Source: Balanoglossus misakiensis (taxonomy: Eukaryota > Animalia > Hemichordata). From it: 64,000 nucleotides of DNA. The notes under the pieces were generated by a model that was not told the origin of the DNA, did no database searches, and saw only the letters and a program-made list of their open reading frames with translations. The stretch is from assembly GCA_040954595.2 (NCBI GenBank), contig CM082581.2, positions 12,274,286 through 12,338,285 of the forward strand. Reading direction: 5' to 3'. This document shows, piece after piece, positions 26,384 through 38,000 of this stretch. Position 1 is the first letter of the stretch, and the number at the start of each line of letters is the position of its first letter. The translations under genes were made by a program, and so were the position numbers.

Positions 26384-29300
26384 ATGTCTTACGCGAGAGG
26401 AGAAATCACTTTCGTCACGAAATCGGAGTCCAACCAAGCGCCTGCAAGGGTAAGGACACGTTGTTACCACATTTAACAAACTTTCTTGCCACGTTTCAAA
26501 ACGGACAGGATCAAATGTTGCACTGTAGGAAAGGCTGATCTTCAGTTATCGGGAAAGCCTCGAAGCCTGGAATATTATGTATGTTAATATTTAAGAGTAT
26601 TCAGTAATTAATTCTCAGAAAATATTTTTTGCAGTTTATTCTAGTTGCTGACGAGTTGGACTACAAAGAGGCAGCCAGAAATGTGCTGGGAATTATGCTG
26701 ATAGAATGGGGCTTTACCAAACCACAACTCATGATATCAGTTGTCGGTGGATCACGGAGATTTAACGTCAAGGAGAATCAAAAGAATGTGTTTGTTGATG
26801 GCATAAGACAGGTGAGCTACATAATATGTATAGAAACTATCACAAACATTCCGAGACAAGTAGACAAAGTCATGTGAAATTTTCCACGTTTTCCTCTTTC
26901 CATAACACAGCAGTAACAGTCTTATACCTGGCAAATTGAGAAACGTTACTATTTATTCTTTGCTGATGTGGCCAATTAATGATATTTCCTCCGTTTTTCT
27001 TAATTGCAGCTTACAAAGTCTACGGGTACCACGTGGTTGATGACGTCAGGGTCAAATGTTGGAGCTGTCACTTTGGTCGGGGAAGCGATGACGCGAATCA
27101 GCGTCAAAGTTCGCGACAAAGTTTCCTGCATCGGCGTCACAAGTTGGAGTGGCATCGACGGCAAAGAAACTATCATCCAACGCCGCAAAAAGGTAGAAAG
27201 AACGTTCAAGCTGTGACGAAATAATTTGTTTTGTTTAGTCAAGCATTCTTCTCCGTGTTACGGTTGGCTTTCTGGCCCCGTGACCGACAATCTTTGCATG
27301 GGGTGAGGGGTTCCATTCTTATTTGTTCACATCTATCATCATCTCGAAACAGAACAGACCGTCGATGTTCCTTAAGAAGACAGAAGGCGGAACGCGCAAT
27401 GTTGCCATGGTACCTGATGAAGGAAGTGATCGATCTAACAACGGTATTGCAATGACCCAAGTGGAACCGTTCAAAGGCACAGATTCCGAGGTACATTCTC
27501 TTGGTCTTATCTATGTTGAATAAAAAAAGGAAATTGATTCTTAAGTAAATGTTAATGAAACCTTCGAATTTTGAATTACGATTCTCTCTTTTTTATCTCC
27601 AGCACTTTTATTCCGGGACTTACAAACCACCGCAGCTGAAGAAAGCCGGACCAGTCCCATTAAACCCTTACCACACGCATTTCATCTTTGTCAAGAAAGA
27701 CGACCCCGACGACGAGGAACACTTCCGAGTGAAACTCTGGGCCGAAATTCAGAAATTGTTGACGTCTGGTTCCTTAGGTGCGTGAAAAGACCCTCTAGAG
27801 ACGATTTTCTCCGTCTTGAAACTTGTGAATGGCATTATACAGTCCATAATTTTCACGTATATGGCAGACATGATACAGACGCATTCACATGTTATCCTTT
27901 CCGTTCCACTCTGCAGGTCCAGACGATCGACCCGCTGCAGTTGTCATGATTCAGTTGGAAGGCGGCATCGACACGACGAGAACGGTCAGAAACAGTCTGA
28001 AGAAGAACACGCCAATCATCATTTGTGAGGGGACAGGACGGGCGTCCAATTACCTCTCGTACGCCTGTAAACACTGTGACCGCCTCGAGTGAGTATCCCC
28101 GTTATTTGCAAGTGTTCTTAGTTATTTTTCTCAATATTGTGCCAATTGTTAGATGATATAACCCTTCGGTAAACCGTTCTAAATACTTGAATGACACCTG
28201 TTGATTTGCATACTATGCAGTGATCTGCTGGAGCGATATCCGGGTTACTTCGGGAAAATGATCGACGCGGCGCATCCTGGTGTCAGCGCCAAGGAACACA
28301 AGACGTTGTTAGATCAGTTGTTAAACTACATCGAAGATGTCATGGAAATGAAGAAATTGGTGAGTCCGATACTTTTGAATTTACTCGGGCTGCCAACCGC
28401 AAAATTCTAGATTAATTTGACCGTCGCATTCTTCAACAGTTTCATTCATTTGTTACATTGTTTTAGCTATCTTTAATTTCATTGACATGAAATAAGTGGT
28501 TCTTTAATAATGTTCATGATATTGGCAGGTTGAAGTCTTCAATATGGATGGAGAATTAGAAATGGCGGGATTCGATCTTGCAGTTCTTCGGGCATTGCTG
28601 AGAGGTTTGTATGAACTTGCTTCGCTTAAAGATTTTTTTGCAGAAACGATTGAAATCACACGGATTTGTACCACAAAGGATATTGTGTCGTTATACTCTA
28701 ATATTCGCCTTTTAAAAGTAAAAATAACCTCACGTATATGAATGCATTTCAGCGCGTGGTGTGAGCAAAGAATATCTACGGTTGGCGTTTGACTGGAACC
28801 GTTGCGACATTGCCGAAGAGATGTTCAAACAAGACACGATCAATCTTCGCGACTCAGATGTAAGTGAGGATTTACTTGTTTATCAGCATTTTTTAAAGCC
28901 AAGCGTCTCATCACAAACAATGTCGTGGGAATCTTTGGTAGTATAGGCCTTATATCAAGGACAGTTCCATAACAATGTATATTTACGGGAAAGTGACAAG
29001 TAATTCGATTATTTCCAGACACAAGCATTGATGACACGAGCTCTTCTTGAACGCGAAAACCGAGTTGGATTTGTCTCTCTGCTCATAGAAAACGGACTCG
29101 CTCTGGACGAATATCTCACCATTGGTCGCCTGGAACATCTTTACCAATCGGTAAGTGCGTAACACAGTGCTTCAACTGTCAGATTTCGACAAACACGGCG
29201 AAAGATAGTCAGTCCAGAAATCAGTTACATTATAGAAGGGATTATCAAATACTTCTCCTAGCAACATCACAGTTCCATCATGGCGACCATTTCACCACGC

Positions 29301-32300
29301 ACGTTAGATTTTCGAGGAGTCTTTACTTCCTGTGTATTTCGGAGTATTTCTTCGTATATTGAATTCTCACAGTCTTATCCGATTTTCTTTATTTCCCAGC
29401 ATGCAAACAAAAGTTTGATTCCAGAAATTAAAGAGGTAAGCAGTTCCTAGATTAGTATCAGATGCTTCATCACTCATTATTGGCCGAAGATGACGAATCG
29501 GCTTCTATCGTGCACGTGAGCACTAAGCACAAGATTTCCTTTCGTTGATTTATACACCGAGCAGAACAAATCACGCTGTTGATGACAGGTTACTGGCAAC
29601 TAACATATTGTAAACTGAACAGTGTTTTAGCCTTTCAAGCAAAGTCCGTAACTATGTTAATTCTCTCTTTTTGCAGAAAGGAGTGAAAATTTCTTACAAA
29701 CGCGACATCTCACCACTCATAGGAAATCTCATGGAAAGTTATTATACGCCTCCCGAATGTAAGTTTGAATTTATCTCTGGACTTCATTTATCTGTTAAAT
29801 TCCTTATTTGAATAGCCACATAGTTCATTTACATATACAGTCTTCAGGAGACTCTTTGCCATAGATATGATTGATTCCCATTTTCTTCCTCCAGTGCTTC
29901 CAGGAAACAGATTCGAGAAGCCGTACCGTGAATTGTTGATATGGTCCATCCTGGCCAACAGGTTAGTTTTTACATCTCTGTTGCAAAACCTCTGATTCCT
30001 CTCATTGCTGTACCGTACATGAATCCAGCGATTGAATAGCTTTGATGATGTGTATTGTAACTCCATTGTATCACGGATAGGACGAAGGTTCCGGAGTTTC
30101 AATGTACACCTGATGTCACGTCATGGTGTTTTTCTTTCTGCAGACCTGAAATTACTGAATACATGTGGGAAAACGCGTCCGAGCCTCTATCGCTGGCCCT
30201 TGTCGCTACCAGACTCTATCGGTCGATCGAGTCACTGACAGCGGACCCGGATGAAGCCGCCAAGTGTACGGCATCTGCCGAGTGAGTGTCCTGTGTTATG
30301 CGTTACTGTGGACTAGATTATACACATATAGACCATATTACAGAATCCTGTTAAGGTTTTATGCACATGGATAATATAACATTTTCGACCTGTCGCCATT
30401 TCAGTGCGTTTGAACGAAACGTCTGCGACTACTTGACTGCTCTCAATGCCTTGGACGAGGATGTAACGGGAACGATTCTCCGAAGTACGTGTCCGTCTTG
30501 GGGTAACCAAGCATCGCTTGATCTCGGCGCCATTGCAGAGAGCAAGGTATATATTTCCCATGATTCATTGGGTTCATGTAATGATCAGTTACTCGGACTG
30601 TTCATAAAATGTGATTGGTTGGAAACTTATTCGATTTTCTTTCCTTATTTTTTTTTACCTGCAGGAGTTTTTGTCACACACGTGCTGTCAAGAAATGTTA
30701 GAAGAAAGATGGAACGGGCAACTTCTGCATCCAAATCATCTCAGGGTATCTATACTTGCTCCGCGTTTGACACACTCATCAAATTCTCTTTTTCTCAGGG
30801 AAACTGAAAAAAATATTTTGTGGGAAACTGAAACAAAATGTTAGATTTCGACGCACATCTTACTTTACACACTGTCTTTTCCACAGGTTTTCATAGTGGT
30901 GCTGTTTCCATTTTTACTTCTAACGACATCGTATCCAAAGTTCAAAACCGGTAGGTATAGGTCTGCTGTAAAGTTTGTGCAAATCTGTCATCTGCGAATA
31001 TTCTTGCATGTTCTTGTGAGGCCATTACTTTTGCTCGTCTTCAATCACTAACATGCTTATTTCTTCCTCCTCTGTTGCAGATATGAACTTTTTCAGAAGA
31101 GTTATTGGGTTTTACTGTGCTCCTATTACAAAATTTGTGGTTAACTGGGTAAGTAGACATGTAATTAATTTTATGAGCCCATTTTGAATTTAAACATTTT
31201 AAGTAGAAGTATATTGAACGAGTGGTCTCTGTGTATTGGCATTGTATCTTAATTCACCTGATGAAGTTTTGTACACATTAAACAAATGATTCGGCCAAAT
31301 ATAAATCTCGTATTAATCATGTCGTGTTTTATTTCAGGTCGCCACGTTTTTATTTTTAGTTTTCTACAGTTACATGACTTTGTATTATACACCAGAAGTG
31401 GGCTTGTGGGACATCCTATTGCATGTCTGGGTTCTTACTTTGCTTTTCGAGGAATTAAGACAGGTAAGAGGTCCTTAGTGATGGATATTGGTTTTTGAGT
31501 TGTTTGCTGTTGATGATGATGATGATGATGATGATGAAGATGATGATGATGACACCCATTGTACTTTCCTTATTTTCTTCAGATACTAATCCCGCGGAAT
31601 GAGTACGAATCTATCGGTCAACGATTTCGAGGTTGGCTGTCAATATTCTGGAACTGGATGGATCTGATATCATTGCTCCTAACGTTGGCTGCTTTCCTGA
31701 TCCGCTTCAACACACTGGAGGAACCCTGGACCTATGACGTCAGCAGAAACCTCTACGCCATTGCCTGCACCATACTCTGGATACGGATATTGCAGATGTA
31801 CCAGTCAAATAAGAAACTTGGTCCTTTCTTGATCATGATCAAAGAAATGGTAAGTTACGCAGTCTCGGATTCTGACTGGTCCACTATGATCATGCATTGC
31901 GCGGAATATTTTACTAATTTAACAGTTTTACAATTGAAGAAAAATCAAGGCTATAACTGTTTGGTTAATTGTACTAAAATATACCAATTTTGCCAGAGCG
32001 AGGTACATGGAATAGGGCAGCTCACGGGTATTGTCTTGTTATATTCTTTCAAATATTGCTGTAAACGCTAGATTTCTGTTGTGATCTGTAATGAACATGG
32101 CTTACTTTACAGATGTGGGCTCTTTACTGGTTTCTGTTGGTTCTGGTCGTATTTGTGATTGCCTTTGGAGTCGCTGGGATCGCAATCCTTTCGCCCAACA
32201 ACCCGTCCGTAAAAGTAATCCGTGATATCTTCTTCTACCCGTATTACCAAGTTGCCGTCGGTGACTGGCAGACCTACACCGACGCCATCTATGGTGACAA

Positions 32301-33303
32301 TGCAGGTGGGTTTGAGTCTGCTCTCTCTCTCTCTTTCTCTCTCCTATTCCCTCTCTCTTACCGGCCGGTAATGTCACACAACGTTCTTAAATAGATACCT
32401 TTTGTATTGCATTTTAGATACGGAGTTACATTCAATCGACGGTTATGTCTATTCAGTCTTGCTTGCTCTGTACATCTTGATCGGGAACGTCTTACTTCTC
32501 AACCTGCTCATCGCAATATTCAGGTATGTCATCAATAAATCACAATATCCATATGCGAATAAAAAGATCCAAATTGATCTCACTCCTAATGCCTGCACAC
32601 ACATCTAACCGCGTCATTTTCTTCGCAGCACCGTTTACAACAAAGTAGAGAACAATTCTCTGACCGAATGGAAGTACAACAGGTATTACATCATCACCGA
32701 GTTCGAAGACATACCACCTTTACCAGCGCCGTTCATTGTGTTGGGTCACGTGTATCGATTGGTCATGTGGGCTGGGAGGTTTTGCAAGATCGAAACTCAG
32801 GGTAGGCCTAACACGGATTTCATATTTGAAGTCGGAGTGTATGTGAGACACAGACTTGAGATAAGTAGACTCTGGATTGATTGATTGATTTATATATCTA
32901 CTTCACACACAGTAAGTGATGACGAAAAGGCCAGAATCTGGTACGAACAAAACGAACTCAAGAAGTACCAGTCGGAAGCCATGGACAACTACCAACTAAA
33001 CGCCAAGAAGAAACAGGAAAGCAGCAGCGAAGAGTCTCTGAAGAAACTCGACGAAAGGTAAACAGTCTTTCTTAGACATTCCACCATAAGTCTCATCAGC
33101 TCATGTAGTTGACCACCAACATACACATTTAGACAAAAATAAAAACCGCGGAGACTACTTTAATATTTCAAAAGTTTACATTTGTATCGGCATTTCATGA
33201 ACTTATGCCTCCTTTGTCTTCACCTAGGTTACGAATGTTGCTGGAGAAAGTTAGAGGTCTTGAAGAAGAACAGAAAGTTCTGGTGAAGAAACGCGACACA
33301 TGA
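26384..33303 (+). CDS. TRPM-family (TRPM/TRPS-like) cation channel, 25 coding exons, about 1042 aa, with no Nudix or kinase domain
   Basis: Exons 26384-26449, 26635-26811, 27010-27192, 27353-27490, 27603-27777, 27917-28088, 28221-28359, 28529-28604, 28753-28859, 29019-29150, 29400-29435, 29677-29758, 29895-29961, 30144-30281, 30405-30546, 30665-30745, 30887-30950, 31081-31148, 31338-31463, 31583-31849, 32113-32305, 32418-32523, 32629-32801, 32913-33057, 33228-33303 (3129 nt, phases consistent). MHR/SLOG motifs PQLMISVVGG, LNPYHTHFIFV, EGTGRA and WNRCDIA; S1-S6 with EELRQ, WNWMD, LGPFLIMIKEM and NVLLLNLLIAIFS; TRP box WKYNR and LPAPF; terminal coiled coil. An in-frame TGA at 26372 precedes the ATG. 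Confidence 0.9.
31511..31551 (+). repeat. (GAT)n microsatellite in a TRPM intron
   Basis: About 13 near-perfect GAT units. Confidence 0.9.
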
Positions 33304-33385
33304 GAAAGAGAAGAGAGAAGGGAGTGAGAGGGAGGGAGGGAGGGGGGACGAAAAGAGGGAGGGAGAGGAAGAGGGGATGGGAGAG
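33304..33385 (+). repeat. Purine-rich (GA/GGGA) tract directly after the TRPM stop codon
   Basis: Almost entirely G/A, including GGGAGGGAGGGAGGGGGG at 33330-33347. Confidence 0.8.
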
Positions 33386-33921
33386 CTAGACTCGGTTCCA
33401 TTTCGGATGAGTAGTTGACAGATTTCGTAAAGGGCGCAACTACAATATTTGTTTCAAAAGTAATTTGTTCAGAATTACGTTTGAAAAGGAATATGACGGA
33501 AACTTGAAAGAAATAGTCCGAGTCTGAGAAATATCTTTGTGATAAACAATAATCAGTGAGGAAATTGCAAGAGTGTCTTGACAGATTTTCGTCAAAATTT
33601 TATTTGGCGCGAGTTTGTATGTGTGATTTTAGGACACATTTTCCTACCAACAATGTAGTAGGCCTATTTTATCGCCTTTTAGCACGTTTTTTCTATTCAA
33701 ATGATATATATTGTAATATGATTCCCTGATCTCCGACGCATTTAGCTTTATTTTTATATATAGACATGACCACATTTACACATGTATCAATAAGACTGTT
33801 TTAAATGTAATTTATTATAATGGAGATATCTATGAATATGGGAACTTGTACTTAAATTTGAAGTATATTCCAGAATTATGTGTACATGTATTTATAAACT
33901 GAGTCTGGCGTGAGCTGTTGA

Positions 33922-33927
33922 AATAAA
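33922..33927 (+). terminator. Likely polyadenylation signal of the TRPM-like gene
   Basis: AATAAA about 620 nt after the stop codon. Confidence 0.4.
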
Positions 33928-34149
33928 AATCACAAAGTGAAATTTTACTCTAATTCGTATGAACTGATTCCTCCGACCTCAAGGTTGTCTAAAATTCCGA
34001 AGTGATTATCCAAGTGTAGTTGTCAAATACTAGATTGGTGTGTTTACTACAGGCCACGGTCCCTCCTATGAACTACCTCATGATTGGCAAATATATGCCA
34101 AGCTTGAAAATATGTTTATGTAAAACCTGTATAATAAACTTTGATCACT

Positions 34150-35047
34150 GTCAATGCGTGTGAATCCCACGTGGTCGGCCGAATGAGGTGTCGCCCTCTA
34201 TAGACACAACCTATGTAACATAAACACACAGACTTTGTCTCGTCAGCAGTATATGTGTACAAGTACAAGTGTTTTGATGAGGCCTCATTGAAATCAACAA
34301 GCAGGTAGCGCAGGACGCCGCGGCAAATTCTCTACGACTGTGTGTATTTATGGAATACCCAAACTAGGTCTCTGTCGGCGCTTAACCGAATCCTTAACCA
34401 TGCTCCATGCTGGACAAAGTACTGGAAAACGCATATCTTGTAGGACGCTAAAATAATTCTCCGTCGCGCTGCGCTGCAGTACTGAAGAAGTCGACGCTCG
34501 CTCGTAAGTTCGTCAGAAAGGATACTCCAGCTGGTGGTAGTGTACTGGTTGATATTCAACAGCGAGAACGTCTTCAACACCGTGTATGCTCTCCGTAACG
34601 AAGTATATCCGGTGATCTGAGCCATGTCCGCTAGCCCAAAGGCTGTGTGACCCTCAGAAGAACAATTTCGGGGACTTATCAGATTCGAACTCTTTCGCCG
34701 GTAAAAAAAAGCCGGTTGGCTTGCTACGTGTTCGTCGAGTGGTCAGTTTGTTTGTTTTGGCTATTCTTGTATATTTCACATTGATTTGTCAGGTAAATAC
34801 TGACCTCACTGTCCAGGTCATCAGAACCCATTCGAGTTATAATTCTACACTTGAACACTAAATTTCACCCAACTGACCTAGTTCACATCGCTGTCAATTA
34901 AAACTCGCCCTCCCTGCGAGATTTTTTTTTCGTCGAAAAAGTAAAACGAATCAATTGCCGTGAAAACGAGAATATCCCAGTTCCGATCGGGAAGAAGCGA
35001 TTCATCTTTGTCGCCTGCACATCCTGATTTACATCTACGAGAGAATC
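34150..35047 (+). promoter_or_regulatory. CpG-rich promoter / 5' leader region of INPP5A
   Basis: CpG density is visibly higher than in flanking DNA, and the region lies immediately upstream of the INPP5A ATG. The transcription start cannot be determined. Confidence 0.5.
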
Positions 35048-38000
35048 ATGACTGAAAAACTCGCGAATGTATTATTAATCACTGCCAATGTTGGTTCAGT
35101 ATTCGAAGAGGTAGGGGCAACAATATTACAATCATTTGCATGATTAGAATATAGTGTGTCACAGTATGTGTGTGTGTGTATATACATAGGTGTACCTGGT
35201 ATGTGTGAGTAAATGCATGGTTTTGTTTTATAATATTGGTATGATGTACTGTATATGCTGCATTATATTTTTTCCTCATAAAATATTTATGATAGTAGTC
35301 AATCTTTCTTAGAAAATGTAGCATGTGTTTTCCATATCATCCGGCTTCAGAAATGATGTCAGTGACACTTATTATTTGTCATGAAAGTTCAAATAGATGG
35401 ACCAGTCTAATACAGGTTTATTTGTAGACTTTATCTGTATATCATGACCCTGTCTATTATCCTGACTACTTGACCATTGTGCCAATCATGCACGTCTGTC
35501 TGTCTGAATCTGTCAAACATGCTCTTACCAAATTATCTGGAAATTTTGCACTTTGCATGTTACATTGATTTTGTGAAACCACACTAATAAGCAATCAAGT
35601 CGCATATAACAGTGGTGTATAATATGTTGATGTCTTTAATGGGTGTCGTGGTGCATTCCTTCTATGACATTCTTGAAAAATATGCAGAGTCAGTTCATAG
35701 GGTGAAGGTCATATCAGATTCCTCCTCAATATGACATTGTGTAAATATCCAATGAACTTTGGGCATGAAATCTAGGGCAAATTATCCTGTAAAATGTCAA
35801 TAATAAATCCTGAGCGACAGCTGGGAAAATCATCGAATTATGATAAGTGATTTTGCAAATTATCCTATACTCAGGACGCCAAATGAGAAAGTGGAAATTT
35901 TTCTCAATTACATACTTAAAGTTCTTATTTGTTGTGAAAAGCAAAACACACTCTTTATTTTTTTGTTCATGAGTTTCTGTTTATGCTGAAAAGTAAGTCC
36001 AGGTGAATGAGGCTGAAATGCATGTATCTCCACATTCTATTGGTTTTAGTTCAGAATTTTTATTTTACTAATTATTATTATTATTAGTAGTAGTAGTAGT
36101 AGTACTAGAAGTAGTAGTTGTTATTGTTTTTATTAATATTCTTATTACTTTATTATTGTTATTATCATTCTATTAGTAGTACTAGTTGTAGTAGTAGAAA
36201 TAGTAGTAGTGTTTTTATTATTATTTATTGGTTTATTATTTGTTTATTATTATGTTTTATATATTGGTTTATTTTTTTCACTATTATGCACATCTCAGTT
36301 CTTTGTAGACAACACATATAAAATGATGATTTTATTGTTATTGCAATAAAAGATGACCAATGAAAAATGATTTAAAATGCTAATTAAGTATTTTTTTGCA
36401 AGGTAAGTATAATTTCAAGTTTTATTTCACACCTGATCTTGGTTAGTCTCATTGCCATGGCAACCCATGCATATAAGCAAGGGCCATACAATGCAGTTAA
36501 TCAATGCTTCCATGGAAATGTTGTATAATGTCCTTTTATCAGTAAAAGGGTGTATTTCCATCTGGCAATACACAGATGTTGTTAATGTCTTTGTCACTGT
36601 GCGATAGTCATTTTTTTATTGCAGAAACTGGCAGATATCAACCTTGTTAGACTTGGAAGTGAAACTGGTTAAAGTCAGTGTTTGATTTCATTCATCACAG
36701 ACATTGGAAAACTTCCAGGGGCTCTTATTATTTGAACCGAATCTTTCTGAAATCAGTTGTGATGGGGATATCCTGGGTTGTGTAATGTTATAGTACCTAA
36801 ACTGGGATTAGCATCATTTATGGCTGGAATTATGAATACAGATATGTTTCTGAAAACTGACACTGGTAATACATTTTGTACGTGCTTCGAAAATCAGTCT
36901 TTAACCTTTTCTCATATTTTGCCCAAGACATCTTTATAATTAGATCATTCTCTCCTAAAATTTAGAAAAAAAATAGGGGTCACCAAGCAAAATGGAGTCT
37001 TTCCAAACTGTAAATCCTGTAATCCTGCTGCCTAGATGCAACGCTGCACTTTGACCTTTCCATAGGTCCATGGTACACCAGTGTAGGGCCTGAGTCAGAT
37101 AGATCCATTCAGTATGAACCCACTTATGTGATATCTGAGAATTGAGAATTGATAGATGGATATTATGGTCCATTAATTAAATTGTCGTGACAGGATATCA
37201 ATGGAATATGATTATATTGTTTTTTTTAATGCGTCTGTGATCCTTGTAACGTTAATGAGGTATAAAATAATGTATGATAACATTTGACAAGGTCATTCCA
37301 GAATGTAATAAAGAGAGTTCAATAAACTGGAAAGGAGAATATATGAGAGTTTTGACATTTATCTGAGGGTATTTTGTGTTCAGCTACAATGTGATTTCCC
37401 GGGAGTGTCCCTTTTTCCATAGAACATTGTGGTAGCCTGCATGTGGCATTTTATTCCAGAGTACATGTAGGTCTACTCACTCTAGAGAACCCAGGAAGTT
37501 TGTCTATTCGCAGGAACACTGGAAACTCCATTATGGGGAGATCATGTGTTGGCCATTTAAGGTGTAAATTTTTGATAAAGCAGTTTTAAAAAATCATCCT
37601 GTTTAGTACCAACAGGCCTTATTTGAATCAAGCTACAACCTGCACTAGCATGCTGAATCCTAAATGTATTTTCATAAGTGATTTTTTTAATCAGCATAGG
37701 GGCCCAGTGACCTGAAGCCTGCTGTCTGTATCTGACAGTTTGGTTACTGAAGAAAAACACACAAAATGAATGTCAAGGTCTCCTTTGCAAGTTCAAAGTC
37801 ATCCCTGTGATCCAACATCAGAATGCATTACATCAACAGTAAATTCCTGTTTCATGTCTGCTGCAAATAATCTGTCTTTTCACCAGCGGTTTGCAAAGAA
37901 AACTTTAATTGACTTTGCAATGTCAGGGTCAGTTGACAATCTGAATGTATAGAGGGCACATATACACACATGCACCTTGTCTTGTGTTTGTGACAGTTTC

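Noticed and set aside
32906-32918. Acceptor overlapping GTAAGT (CACAG|TAAGT) in the channel gene
   Set aside because: The G is shared, so this is not an AG|GT recursive site. The intron is short and normal splicing gives the expected frame.
34332-34625. 97-aa ORF on the minus strand upstream of INPP5A
   Set aside because: No recognisable domain or splice structure; explained by GC/CpG-rich promoter sequence.
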